This document shows, in pieces, positions 38,762 through 48,611 of a stretch of DNA of 64,000 nt. This stretch comes from Chromatiales bacterium (GTDB taxonomy: Bacteria; Pseudomonadota; Gammaproteobacteria; Thiohalomonadales; Thiohalomonadaceae), in NCBI GenBank assembly GCA_003251535.1, contig QKFD01000024.1, forward strand, positions 97,837 to 161,836, read 5' to 3'. Position 1 is the stretch's first letter. The number at the start of each line of letters is the position of its first letter. The position numbers were made by a program, and so were the translations under genes. The notes under the pieces were generated by a model, which searched no databases, was not told where the DNA came from, and saw only the letters and a list, made by a program, of their open reading frames with translations.

Positions 38762-41461
38762 TTACGTCAATTGACTCTTGTTGATGTCGAGGGTCACGAG
38801 GCCCAGTAAGGTTTCATCATCCATCTCCGTGAGGGGCAGTTCACCACCCTCCCGCAGCAGGTCGTCCGCCAGATGGCGCTTATCGCACAGCAGGGCGTCG
38901 ATCTTCTCCTCAATGGTGCCTCGGCAGATGAACTTGTGCACCAGCACACTCCTCTTCTGACCGATGCGGAAGGCGCGATCAGTGGCCTGGTTCTCCACCG
39001 CGGGATTCCACCAGCGATCGAAGTGGATGACGTGAGAGGCCTCGGTCAAGGTCAGGCCGGTCCCCCCGGCCTTCAGTGAGAGGACGAAAAAGGGCGGCCC
39101 CGCCTCCTGCTGAAAGGCATCGACCCGCTGTTGGCGCTGCGCCACGGGGGTACCGCCATGCAGGATCAGTCCAGGGCGACCAAACTGCTCAGCCAGAAAA
39201 CGGGCCAGCGGTTCGATGATCTCGCGGAACTGGGTGAAGACCAGAACCTTCTCCTGCCGTGCGGCGATCTCCTCGCATAGCTCCGCGAGCCGCAGAAACT
39301 TGCCGCTCATGGCGGGCTCAAAGCGCCCATCTCCCACCAGCTGAGAGGGGTGATTGCAGATCTGTTTGAAGCGCAGCAGATAACTCAGCACCAGACCCCG
39401 GCGCTCTATGCCATCCAAGGTTTCGAGCCCCCGCTTCAGCTCCTTCACCGCCTGCTGATAGTGGGCCGCCTGCACCTTGGAGAGACCACACCAGGCCGCC
39501 ACCTCGGTCTTCTCCGGCAGATCCGCGATGATGCTCCGATCGCTCTTGAGACGCCGCAAGATGTAGGGCTGGGTCAACTGGCGGAGTGGCGCATACGGGT
39601 CATGGGTGCGGGCGGCCAGCCCCTTCGCAAAGGTCTTGAAGCGGCTACTACTGCCGAGCAGACCAGGATTGAGGAAGTCGAACAGCGACCAGAGATCAGC
39701 CAGGCTATTCTCCACCGGCGTGCCGGTGAGGGCGATGCGGGCGTCGGCCTCGATCTGTTTGACCGCCTTGCTCTGACGGGTGGCGGGATTCTTGATGGCC
39801 TGCGCCTCATCCAGCACCAGCAGACGCCAGCGCCGCTGGAGCAGCCAGGCGCGACGGGTGAGGGTGTGGTAGGTGGTAAGGAGTAGATCGCAATCGACCA
39901 GCTCTGCCTCATCCTCGCCCCCCTGCCCGCCTTTGGTATGGGAGGTGTGCACCACGCTGTAGCGCAGTGAGGGGGCAAAGCGTGCAAGCTCCGCGGCCCA
40001 GTTGGCCAGCAGCGATGCCGGCAGGATCAGTAGCGACGGCCGGACCTCCCCTTTGGGTGTGTGGCGCTTGAACAGCAGCAGCAGGGCGATCACCTGGAGG
40101 GTCTTACCAAGCCCCATATCATCGGCAAGGCAGGCGCCTAGCCCGAGCCGCGAGAGCAGCCAGAGCCAGCGCACCCCCTGCTCCTGGTATGGGCGCAGGG
40201 TCGCCCGCAAGTCGCGCCCCAGTTTCACCGCGGCAATGGCGGCGGGAGAGCGCAACTGGGTCAGTAGCTCAGCCAGCTGCGCACTCGGCTCCACCCGCGA
40301 CCACTCGCGCACCACCTCAGTGCCGTTATCGCGGTCAAGCTCGGCGTTGCTCCCCGCCAACAACCGCATCCCCTGAATGAAGCTGAGGCCATCGTGGCCC
40401 ACTTCGGACTCCACCCGCCGCCAGTGGGCCAGCGCCTCCTGCATCCGCTCCTGGTTGACCTCTACCCACTGCCCCTTGAGGAAGATGAGGCCACTCTGGG
40501 CGCGCAAGAGGTTAGCCAACTCCTGCTCGCTGAGGGACTCCTCACCGATGACTACCTGGAGTTTGAAGTCGAGCAGTGCAGCGGCATTGAAGCCCCCTTG
40601 AGGGGCCCCGCCGATGCGGACAGCCACCTGCGGTCGGCTCCGTTTACGCCACCAGTCGGGTAGACGTACCACCAGGCCGCACTCTTCGTAGAGGGCGGCC
40701 TCACGCAAGAAGCGGTACGCCTCCTCCGCCGTCCAGGCAAGCGGATGGTAGAGGTCGCCCGTGGCCAGCAGATCCGCCACCAGGGGGCTCGCCTCAGCGG
40801 CCCGCTGCACTGGCGAGAGTAGTCGAATCAGTGCCTGTCGATCCTTGGCCTGGGCATACTCCGTCAGCGCCTGGTGCAGCGGCTGATAGCGCTGACCGCC
40901 CTTGCCACTCGGCCCCTCGGTGGGGACGTAGGTCGCCATGAAGGCGAAGGGAAGCTCAGGGTCGCGGGGGTTCTCCGCCAGATGGAAGCAGACCCGTCCC
41001 GCCGAGTGCCACTGGGGTGCCCGCTGGCGGAGCAGCGCTGCCAGCGAGCCGTGGCTGCGGATCGCCTCGCAGACCCACGCATCCAGCTGACACCAGATCT
41101 GCTGTAACCCCTCTCTTGATAGGTACTCCAGCCCCGGCATGGGCGGCGCGCCCTGACGCCACTGATCGATCTCCACCTCCGTGAGCTGGGGCAGCGGCTG
41201 GGTCTGCTCCACCCCCTCCTCTAACCGGCAGCGCCCGCTTAAGTAGTGGGTAGCAAAATCGTGCCAATAGCGCAGCACTGGGTCGAGTCCTGCGCCGGGT
41301 TTATCGGCCGCCAGGGTAAACAGCCCCTCAGCGGGATCACGGCTCAACGCCTCCAGCAGAGCGGCCCCGTTGGAGGATGTCGCTTCGCCGTCGCCAGGGA
41401 AACAGTGGAGGCGGCCTGAAGGCAGCAGTCCGAGGGTGCATGGGGTGGGATGGTTGGCCAC
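38762..41461 (-). CDS. SNF2-family DEAD/DEAH helicase with N-terminal bacterial SNF2-associated domain
   Basis: 899 aa. Helicase motifs DDMGLGKTLQ (I), DEAQAIKNP (II) and C-terminal helicase motifs (QRVDAFQ...TDRAFRIGQ). Confidence 0.8.
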   Translation of the reverse strand: MANHPTPCTLGLLPSGRLHCFPGDGEATSSNGAALLEALSRDPAEGLFTLAADKPGAGLDPVLRYWHDFATHYLSGRCRLEEGVEQTQPLPQLTEVEIDQWRQGAPPMPGLEYLSREGLQQIWCQLDAWVCEAIRSHGSLAALLRQRAPQWHSAGRVCFHLAENPRDPELPFAFMATYVPTEGPSGKGGQRYQPLHQALTEYAQAKDRQALIRLLSPVQRAAEASPLVADLLATGDLYHPLAWTAEEAYRFLREAALYEECGLVVRLPDWWRKRSRPQVAVRIGGAPQGGFNAAALLDFKLQVVIGEESLSEQELANLLRAQSGLIFLKGQWVEVNQERMQEALAHWRRVESEVGHDGLSFIQGMRLLAGSNAELDRDNGTEVVREWSRVEPSAQLAELLTQLRSPAAIAAVKLGRDLRATLRPYQEQGVRWLWLLSRLGLGACLADDMGLGKTLQVIALLLLFKRHTPKGEVRPSLLILPASLLANWAAELARFAPSLRYSVVHTSHTKGGQGGEDEAELVDCDLLLTTYHTLTRRAWLLQRRWRLLVLDEAQAIKNPATRQSKAVKQIEADARIALTGTPVENSLADLWSLFDFLNPGLLGSSSRFKTFAKGLAARTHDPYAPLRQLTQPYILRRLKSDRSIIADLPEKTEVAAWCGLSKVQAAHYQQAVKELKRGLETLDGIERRGLVLSYLLRFKQICNHPSQLVGDGRFEPAMSGKFLRLAELCEEIAARQEKVLVFTQFREIIEPLARFLAEQFGRPGLILHGGTPVAQRQQRVDAFQQEAGPPFFVLSLKAGGTGLTLTEASHVIHFDRWWNPAVENQATDRAFRIGQKRSVLVHKFICRGTIEEKIDALLCDKRHLADDLLREGGELPLTEMDDETLLGLVTLDINKSQLT

Positions 41462-41821
41462 TGCGAGATAGGGGGTAGTGAGACGCTGGGCGCCTGAGGG
41501 CTTGGAGGGGGCGGATTATAGCGACTCTCCCCTCCCCCCGACTCGGGGCAGAGATGTTTTGGCAGCGTGCTGGAGAGATCTGAGAGGGGAGAAAGCGCTG
41601 TCCCGGGAGGCCAGGCACGCTATAACCAGTTGATTTTTTGTAATTTTAAAAGGGCCAAAACCGTTTTCTCAGCCAATCGGACGCCGCGGCGTTTGGCCGT
41701 GTAGCAGGACCAAGGAAGGGGATCGCGCTGCCCGTAGAGGGATCGAGCCGGCACGACGGACCCACCTATGGGCACAGGGTCGGTTGGCGGCTCTGGCGAT
41801 CTGCCGCTGGGTCGGCCTGGT

Positions 41822-42463
41822 TCACTGGCCGCGGCTACCCGGTCCCCACCAGATCTCGGCGCGCCGGCCAGCGAACTTCTCCTCCAGAAAACGGCCGTGG
41901 GCCATCAGGCGATCGGCATCGGCACGGTAGAGATCCTCCGCGATGGCCCGCATCTCGCTCTCCAGCAGCGTCAGCTGCTCCAGTAATAGGTCGCGGGCGG
42001 TCTTGCCAGCCCGTACCGGATGCAGCCGGGCGTAGGCGGGTGGCAGGTTGAGGTAGCTCTCCAGCATCTCCGGTAGATAACGGGTAGCCGCACTGGTGAT
42101 CTCGTGCACATGGCGATCCCCGGGATCCAACTTGTTGAGTCCCGGCAGGACGCTTCTCACCGCCTCCATGACCGCCTGTAGCCGCTGCTCTACCGGCGGC
42201 GAGAGCCGTCCGGCCACCTGCTGCCAGAGCCGCTCCAGAGTGGCCTCGGCCTGATCGATGGCCAGCTGGCGATCCATCGCCACCAGCTCGATATGTCGCA
42301 CGGGGGTGAGCAGCACACCGATGGCATAGAGGCCGGGGACGATGAGATACCACCAGCTCTTGATGAGCCCGGCAAAGAAGAGCGCCAACCCCACCAGCGC
42401 CAGCGTGCTGCCCACCAGATTGGGGGTGCCGTACCACCACAACCAGAAGCGGCGCCCCATCAC
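41822..42463 (-). CDS. Hypothetical inner-membrane protein (2 TM helices plus cytoplasmic helical domain)
   Basis: 213 aa with two N-terminal hydrophobic helices. Its start overlaps the stop of the upstream vWA gene by 4 nt. Confidence 0.45.
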   Translation of the reverse strand: MMGRRFWLWWYGTPNLVGSTLALVGLALFFAGLIKSWWYLIVPGLYAIGVLLTPVRHIELVAMDRQLAIDQAEATLERLWQQVAGRLSPPVEQRLQAVMEAVRSVLPGLNKLDPGDRHVHEITSAATRYLPEMLESYLNLPPAYARLHPVRAGKTARDLLLEQLTLLESEMRAIAEDLYRADADRLMAHGRFLEEKFAGRRAEIWWGPGSRGQ

Positions 42464-44031
42464 TGGTAACCGCGGATCTGCTTGAAGGCGTGGGCCAGCG
42501 AGGCCATGCCGTTGAAGGTCTGCCCGCCGGTGCGCTGCGCCAGCCGCTCCATCGCCGCTTGATCCGACTCACCAAATAGCACCGGGAAGGTGCGTACTGC
42601 GCGGGTCTCCGCCGGCAGCTGCGAGAGGAATTTGAAGAAGGCCTGCTCAGTGCCGCCCTGGTTGCTGGCACCATCGGTGAGCAGCACCACCGAGTAGAAG
42701 CGATCCGGCTCGCTCCGCTGCGCCTCACCGATCTGGCGGTAGGCCTCCATCAGGGCGCTGTAGATGGCAGTGCCCCCCCGGGCCTCCAGTTTGCCCACCT
42801 GCCGGCGGATAGCCGCCATAGAGGCCTCGCGGGCCTGCGGATCGGCATCGACAACAAACGCCTGCGTCCCCTGCACCGATTCAGCAAAGGGGAGCAAGGT
42901 GATGCGCTCACGGCTCCGAAAGCGGGCGAAGCGACCGGAGAGGGAGCTATCTAAACCGGTGAGGTTATCCAGCGCCTGACGCAGTGCAGCAATACGCGGA
43001 CCGCGCATGGAGCCACTGACATCGAGCACGTAGAAGGAGTGGCTGGGGCGGCGGTGCTCATCCTGGTAGGCGGTGAGGATGGCGTCGATCACCTCCAAGC
43101 GGGCAGGAAACGGCAACTCCACCAGCAGCCGGGCGGGGAATTGGCCATCGGGTCGCACCTGGGGGATGGCGGGCCGCCGCTGGGTCTGCGCCATCAACCG
43201 CTGCTGCATCGGCGGGCTGCGCAGATAGGCCACCAGCCGTTCATAGGCCGGTCGCTGCGCCTCTTGCAGCAACATCAGGGGATAGTCGGCCGTGACAATC
43301 CCCTCCTGCGGATAGATTAGATAGAGCGGTTCATTGAGCCGCCCCCCCTGATTGAGTTGCAGCAGTACCGACTCGTAGTTGATGAGCCCATCCAGATCCT
43401 GCTGGGCATCGACGTAGGCCTGGGCCAACCAACCGGAGCTACCCGCGGTGAGCTTCTGGCCGTGGAAAAAGGCGCGCAGGGCATCGCTATCCACCTGCTG
43501 TACCGCCACCGCGTCGGCGCTATTGGAGAAGGCGGCGGTCACCCCCAACAGGGCGGTAAAACCGGAGTTGGAGGAGGCGGGATCGGTCATGGCAAAGCGC
43601 AACTCGCCGCTGCGCGCACGCTCGGCGATATCGCGCCAGGTGAGATCGGTTTTATCCAACCAGCCGAAGGCGCGTGCCTTGCTCTGCTTGATACCAAGGA
43701 CCACCGGCGAGAGCATGATGCGCTCTTGTGCCAGGACCCGTCGCCCACTGCTCCCCATCAACAACGAGAGATATTTACCGTGGGAGAACCAGGCCAGATC
43801 GGGCTGCTTCTGCCCAGAGACGATCTGCTCGGCGCCATCGAGGGTGCCGATATACTCCATCTCCAGATGTACCCCGGTCTCCCGCTCGATCTCCCCCAAC
43901 AGGGGGGCCAGATCCTTCAGCTCCGAGCCGGCCAAGACAGTGAGCGTCTCGCTGGGAGGGTTGCCACAACCGGCCACCACCGACAGTAGCAGCGCCAGCG
44001 GTAGGAGCCGTAACCAATGCCGCAGTCTCAT
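42460..44031 (-). CDS. Lipoprotein with periplasmic binding-protein-like N-terminal domain and C-terminal von Willebrand factor A (vWA) domain
   Basis: Lipobox LSVVAGC. vWA MIDAS motif (YVLDVSGSM...TAIYSAL...LLTDG). 523 aa. Confidence 0.65.
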   Translation of the reverse strand: MRLRHWLRLLPLALLLSVVAGCGNPPSETLTVLAGSELKDLAPLLGEIERETGVHLEMEYIGTLDGAEQIVSGQKQPDLAWFSHGKYLSLLMGSSGRRVLAQERIMLSPVVLGIKQSKARAFGWLDKTDLTWRDIAERARSGELRFAMTDPASSNSGFTALLGVTAAFSNSADAVAVQQVDSDALRAFFHGQKLTAGSSGWLAQAYVDAQQDLDGLINYESVLLQLNQGGRLNEPLYLIYPQEGIVTADYPLMLLQEAQRPAYERLVAYLRSPPMQQRLMAQTQRRPAIPQVRPDGQFPARLLVELPFPARLEVIDAILTAYQDEHRRPSHSFYVLDVSGSMRGPRIAALRQALDNLTGLDSSLSGRFARFRSRERITLLPFAESVQGTQAFVVDADPQAREASMAAIRRQVGKLEARGGTAIYSALMEAYRQIGEAQRSEPDRFYSVVLLTDGASNQGGTEQAFFKFLSQLPAETRAVRTFPVLFGESDQAAMERLAQRTGGQTFNGMASLAHAFKQIRGYQ

Positions 44032-44040
44032 ACCCCCTCC

Positions 44041-45273
44041 TCAGATAAGCACTTGGCCCGCCGCTACACTGGGCGCCCCAGCCACGGCGGCGTCCGCCTC
44101 TTGGCGGCGCGTCCGCTCCAGATAGGTGCGCGCCTTATCCACCTCGCTGCTGAGGGTGGTGACGGTCTGCTGCATACTGTCGAGCGCCTTCATCTTGTAG
44201 TTGGCCATCTCATCCATGGCGGCGTAGATGTTTTGGAAGGCGGCCTTGAGCTTATCCAGGTCCACGGTGGCGTTGGCCGCCTGCTGGTGGATCTGGTTGC
44301 TCTGGCGTCGCATCATCTCGGCGGTGCCGGCGATCATGTCTGAGGTGGTGCGGTTGAGTGCCGTGATCTGATCCAGCACCAACTTCTGGTTGGCCAGTGC
44401 CTGGGCCACCATCACCGCGGTGCGCAGGGCGGAGACGGTGGTGGTGGTGGCGCGATCCACCCCTTTGATCAGCTCCAGGTTGTTCTTGCGGATCATGTCG
44501 AGCGCCAGATAGCCCTGGACACTCACCGCCAGTTGGGTGAGCAGGTCCTGCACCTTCTGCCGCACGTAGAAGAGCATCTCCTCTTTCACCACCCGCGCCT
44601 TCTCTGCATCACTCAGCTCGATCTCGGCGACGCGGGTGGTGAGGCTGGTGTCGATCTGCTTGCCGACATAGACATACTTCTCCAGGGTCTGCATGGCCGC
44701 CCAGAGATTGACCTTCTCCTGCTCGATGGTGGCGTTGTCGCGGCGTAGCTCATCCTGACCGCTATAGAGCGCCTGGAGGATGGTGGCCAGGTGGGCCTGG
44801 GCCGACTGATAACGCAGGAAGAAGTCGCGGATGCGGTTGCCAAAGGGGATGAGGCCAAACAGCCTTCTCGGCGTCAGCAGGTCCCCCTGCCGAGAGGGGT
44901 CGAGATCCTCCACCGTGCGCCGCAGATCCACCAACTGGGCCGAGAGCGGCGAGCGCTCATCCATGAGGCCGTTGTTGAGGGAGGCCACCGGCCGCTCCAA
45001 CATGCGGTTGGACATCTGTGCCGCAGCGCGGACCTCCTGATGCCCCATGTTGTGGACCAAGCTCAGCTTCTCTTTGAAGGCATCGCTGTGGACGGCCTGA
45101 CTCACCACCACGTCGATAAAGGCTCTTACCTTCTCATCCAGCGCCTGCTGCTCCTCCGCGCTGATGGGTACCATCCCCGCGGCCTGCTCCTGGGCCACAG
45201 GGGCCACCGGTGCGGGCGGAGTGAGGGCGGCAGGGGGGGTGAGGGACTCGATCTCCATGGAAACTCCTCGCAC
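44041..45273 (-). CDS. telA: TelA/KlaB-family toxic anion resistance protein
   Basis: 410 aa helical protein colinear with TelA family hallmarks (DLRRTVEDLDP...LQALYSGQDELRRDNATIEQEK...). A start at MEIESL is also possible. Confidence 0.7.
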   Translation of the reverse strand: MRGVSMEIESLTPPAALTPPAPVAPVAQEQAAGMVPISAEEQQALDEKVRAFIDVVVSQAVHSDAFKEKLSLVHNMGHQEVRAAAQMSNRMLERPVASLNNGLMDERSPLSAQLVDLRRTVEDLDPSRQGDLLTPRRLFGLIPFGNRIRDFFLRYQSAQAHLATILQALYSGQDELRRDNATIEQEKVNLWAAMQTLEKYVYVGKQIDTSLTTRVAEIELSDAEKARVVKEEMLFYVRQKVQDLLTQLAVSVQGYLALDMIRKNNLELIKGVDRATTTTVSALRTAVMVAQALANQKLVLDQITALNRTTSDMIAGTAEMMRRQSNQIHQQAANATVDLDKLKAAFQNIYAAMDEMANYKMKALDSMQQTVTTLSSEVDKARTYLERTRRQEADAAVAGAPSVAAGQVLI

Positions 45274-45278
45274 TGAAG

Positions 45279-46412
45279 TTACGGGGTGGCGGATTGGATG
45301 GGGGTAGCGTTGTGCTGGTAGCGCTGCTCGATGCGCACAATGGCCCCCTCCAGCAGCTCGTAGCTGGGGGGCTCGATGACATTGACCAGGGTGCGCGGGA
45401 TGGCCAGTTGGTGCTGCTGCACAAAGGCCCAGAAGGCGGCCACGTTGTCGTTGCGCAGCCCGTGCTCGATCGCCAGCTGTTGCAGCTCAGGGTCGTGGGT
45501 CAGCAGCTCGCCTAGTCGGGCACCGTCGTCGTTGGTGGGCAGCAAGATGTGTTTGGTGAAGAGGGTCGGCTCTGGATAGAGCAGCACCATATCGGGTCCG
45601 ATGGGGCTCCCCTGGAGCGCCGCCTGCTCCAGAAATTGCGCCTCGTAGATCATCACCAACGGCGCCTTCCCGAGCCCCATCACCAAGTAGTCGTTAAAGG
45701 GTTCGGCGGAGGAGCTTTCAATAAAACCTTGGCGCAAAAATAGCCCGGTCAGCGGCTCTATCAATGGATCGAGTTGGGCCTCCTGGGAGACCACCTCGTT
45801 GCCGTTCAACACATAGCTGGCCAGCGACAGGTACATGGCGGCGCTATTGGATTTGCGCACGTCGGTGGAGGTGATGAGCACCCCCTTATTGGCGGGGTAG
45901 CGATCCGCCCCTTGCAGATCCTTCCAACGGACCTGCTTGAGGGAGAGATCGAGCAGCGCCGCCATGTCGATCACATACCAGGCGCCATCGCGCTGGTGGA
46001 CGATACCGTTCTGCTCCAGCAGCTCCGCCACAGGGCGCCAGGAGGCGATCACCATGGGGGTAAAAAAGACCGAGAAGGAGCGCTTCAAACCGTGCTCCCG
46101 GCGGATCTTCTCCGCGGCGGGAACGCCCGCGGGAAAGACAAAATCGTAACGCTTGAGATCGAAACCGGAGATCTGCCGCGAGCCCGCCTTCTCCACCTGC
46201 ACCACTAGGCCGTGGCGGGAGAGCGCCGCCTGCACCTTGGGATCAGCAAAAAATGAGATCTTCTCCGAGCCCACCAGGCCATGCAGGGTCACGCTGTTGC
46301 GCAGCATCGACTGCTCGGTAAAGGAGAGATAGAGGGCGAAGCCGACCCCTACAATGAGCAGCAGCGAGAGGAGCGGGGCGAGGATACGGCGGGACATGGG
46401 CATCTCCTTCAC
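45279..46412 (-). CDS. Membrane-anchored periplasmic protein; domain paralogous to N-terminal half of the adjacent vWA lipoprotein
   Basis: 377 aa with an N-terminal TM anchor. Shares a T-x-D-x3-SNS segment and overall pattern with residues about 30-250 of the 523-aa lipoprotein. Confidence 0.45.
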   Translation of the reverse strand: MKEMPMSRRILAPLLSLLLIVGVGFALYLSFTEQSMLRNSVTLHGLVGSEKISFFADPKVQAALSRHGLVVQVEKAGSRQISGFDLKRYDFVFPAGVPAAEKIRREHGLKRSFSVFFTPMVIASWRPVAELLEQNGIVHQRDGAWYVIDMAALLDLSLKQVRWKDLQGADRYPANKGVLITSTDVRKSNSAAMYLSLASYVLNGNEVVSQEAQLDPLIEPLTGLFLRQGFIESSSAEPFNDYLVMGLGKAPLVMIYEAQFLEQAALQGSPIGPDMVLLYPEPTLFTKHILLPTNDDGARLGELLTHDPELQQLAIEHGLRNDNVAAFWAFVQQHQLAIPRTLVNVIEPPSYELLEGAIVRIEQRYQHNATPIQSATP

Positions 46413-46560
46413 GGGTGGGCAGGCAGTGGCCAGTGGACGGCCGAACGCCCCCCGGGGCGGAGTGATGGTATGAACTATTTATTACAGGAGTGCGGCCCCC
46501 AACCGCCGGTCAGGAACTTTCCTTGAACGCTGCGCTCTCCTGTGCGTCGCCCACTGCGCT

Positions 46561-47667
46561 ATGACCCAACAGAAGCCCCACGCCATGACACCACCGCTCC
46601 ACCAACACCTGCTCGGACTGCTGCTGGGGACGGCAGTGGGAGATAGCCTCGGCCTGCCTTTGGAGGGGCTCTCCCCCCGCCGTGCTCAGCGCCTCTTTCC
46701 GCCGCCGTTGCGCCAGCGGCTACTGCCCGCAACAGGCCTGCTGAGCGACGACACCGAACACACCATCATGGTGGCGCAGGCGCTGCTCGCCGCCCCCGCC
46801 GATCCCGAGCGCTTTATCCGGCACCTCGCCTGGCAGCTACGTCTCTGGCTGCTGGCCCTCCCAGCCGGGGTGGGGCTGGCCACAGCTCGGGCCATCCTCA
46901 AACTACTCATTGGCCTCTCCCCCCACCGCAGTGGGGTCTACTCAGCCGGTAATGGTCCCGCCATGCGGATAGCGATCATTGGCGCCTTTCATGCCGCCCA
47001 TCCGCCCCAGATGGAGCGCTTTGTCAGCGCTGCCACACGCATCACCCATCGTGATCCGCGCGCCCTCACCGGCGCCCGTGCCGTGGCGCGCATCACCGCT
47101 CGACTCACCACTGGGGAGTGGCAGCAACGGCCCCCACTACCGGCCCTGTTGGCAGAGCTGCGCAGCTGTGGTGACGACGCCGAGTGGTTGGCACTGCTAC
47201 AACGGTTGGAGGAGGGGGTAAAGACCCACTGGAGCGTGGCGCGTTTTGCCGTGGCCCTGGGGGCCGAGGGTGGGATCTCGGGCTATATCTACCGCACCGT
47301 ACCGCTCTGCATCTACGCCTGGTACCACCACTTTGGTGACTTCCGCGCCACCCTGGAGGCGACCATCGGCTGCGGCGGCGATAGCGACACCACCGGCGCC
47401 ATCGCTGGCGCCCTGGCGGGCTGTACCGTCGGGGAGGCGGGGATCCCTGCGCAGTGGCTGGCCCAGTTGCGGGAGTGGCCGCGGGGCCAACGGCTGCTGC
47501 GACAGCTGGCAGATGCCTTGACGGCGGCGGCCCCCACCGCTGCGGGACGGGCCGCCGCGCCAACGCGACCCGTCCGCTACGCCTGGTGGGCAGTTCCGGC
47601 GCGAAACCTGATATTTCTTGCCGTGGTGCTACTACACGGCGTACGGCGTCTGTTGCCCCCCTACTGA
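46561..47667 (+). CDS. ADP-ribosylglycohydrolase family protein (DraG-like) with C-terminal hydrophobic extension
   Basis: LLGTAVGDSLGLPLEG...LSDDTEHT...GNGPAMRI motifs. 368 aa. Confidence 0.7.
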   Translation: MTQQKPHAMTPPLHQHLLGLLLGTAVGDSLGLPLEGLSPRRAQRLFPPPLRQRLLPATGLLSDDTEHTIMVAQALLAAPADPERFIRHLAWQLRLWLLALPAGVGLATARAILKLLIGLSPHRSGVYSAGNGPAMRIAIIGAFHAAHPPQMERFVSAATRITHRDPRALTGARAVARITARLTTGEWQQRPPLPALLAELRSCGDDAEWLALLQRLEEGVKTHWSVARFAVALGAEGGISGYIYRTVPLCIYAWYHHFGDFRATLEATIGCGGDSDTTGAIAGALAGCTVGEAGIPAQWLAQLREWPRGQRLLRQLADALTAAAPTAAGRAAAPTRPVRYAWWAVPARNLIFLAVVLLHGVRRLLPPY

Positions 47668-47691
47668 GCGCTAGAGGGCCGCCCGTAGCCG

Positions 47692-47961
47692 TTAGAACAT
47701 TGCAGAAACGCCGTCGATGCGATCCAAGCGGACGACGATGCGGCTGGCCTGTTGGCTGCGACCGATCACATAGTGCTCATCCACCGCCGTCACCACCATG
47801 CCGATGTTGTTGCCCTGCACATGGAGATTGACGCCGCGGCTCTTCTCCTTGCTCTCCAGCAGCACGGCCTTCAGCGGGTCCTCCTCACCGGCAACGGCTG
47901 GGGCAGCGGCCACCATGGAGGCCATGAATAGTGCGGGGAGGAAAAACAGATGCTTTCTCAT
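47692..47961 (-). CDS. Small secreted hypothetical protein
   Basis: 89 aa with signal peptide MRKHLFFLPALFMASMVAAAPAVA. Confidence 0.4.
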   Translation of the reverse strand: MRKHLFFLPALFMASMVAAAPAVAGEEDPLKAVLLESKEKSRGVNLHVQGNNIGMVVTAVDEHYVIGRSQQASRIVVRLDRIDGVSAMF

Positions 47962-48197
47962 ATCACCGGCTCCTCAAACTCAGGCTAGGTCCGGGGTGGC
48001 GCCCGCCACCCCTTAAGACGGCATCCCGCCCCTGGACGCCAGGTTCGGTAGAGACGCCGAGCCATAGCATAATCGGCCGCCTAGGCAGGGAAAGGGGTCG
48101 TTTGCCCCCTCCCCCTATCCCTTTCGGGCAGGCTTGCCCTCTCCCCCGCGACCGACTATATACTTGACTTTATTAGTCAGGAATAGGGTAGAGAACC

Positions 48198-48611
48198 ATG
48201 CGCTCCCGTCTCCCGCAACAGCCCATCGTCCACAGCGACCGCCTCCGCCTACCGGCGGCCCACTACAACACCATCCGCCTGGCCCTGGGACGCCTGGGCC
48301 GGCCACTGCTACGGGTGTTGGGCCACCGCGGTCTCGATCTCTGGCTCGATAACGACGTCTGGCTCTGCTACGACCGCAACCTCCACTACCGCCCCCTCCT
48401 CGCCTTCACCGGCTTCCGTCCCCAGGAGCGTGAATCCCTGGCGGCCCCGGTCCCCTGCGAGCTGCTCCACTACCACCCCTACGGCCGCGTGGTCGCCCAC
48501 TCTCTGCTGGAGGAGCTGGCGGGCAAACTGACCACCCAGCTCGACAGCCACCCGATTGATCGACCCCGCGGCCAGCTCCACCAGCTGGCGCGCTATCGAC
48601 CCGAGGGGTAA
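48198..48611 (+). CDS. Hypothetical protein upstream of cbbM (uncertain)
   Basis: 137-aa ORF. TTGACT...TAGAGA promoter-like sequence immediately upstream. No recognisable domain. Confidence 0.3.
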   Translation: MRSRLPQQPIVHSDRLRLPAAHYNTIRLALGRLGRPLLRVLGHRGLDLWLDNDVWLCYDRNLHYRPLLAFTGFRPQERESLAAPVPCELLHYHPYGRVVAHSLLEELAGKLTTQLDSHPIDRPRGQLHQLARYRPEG

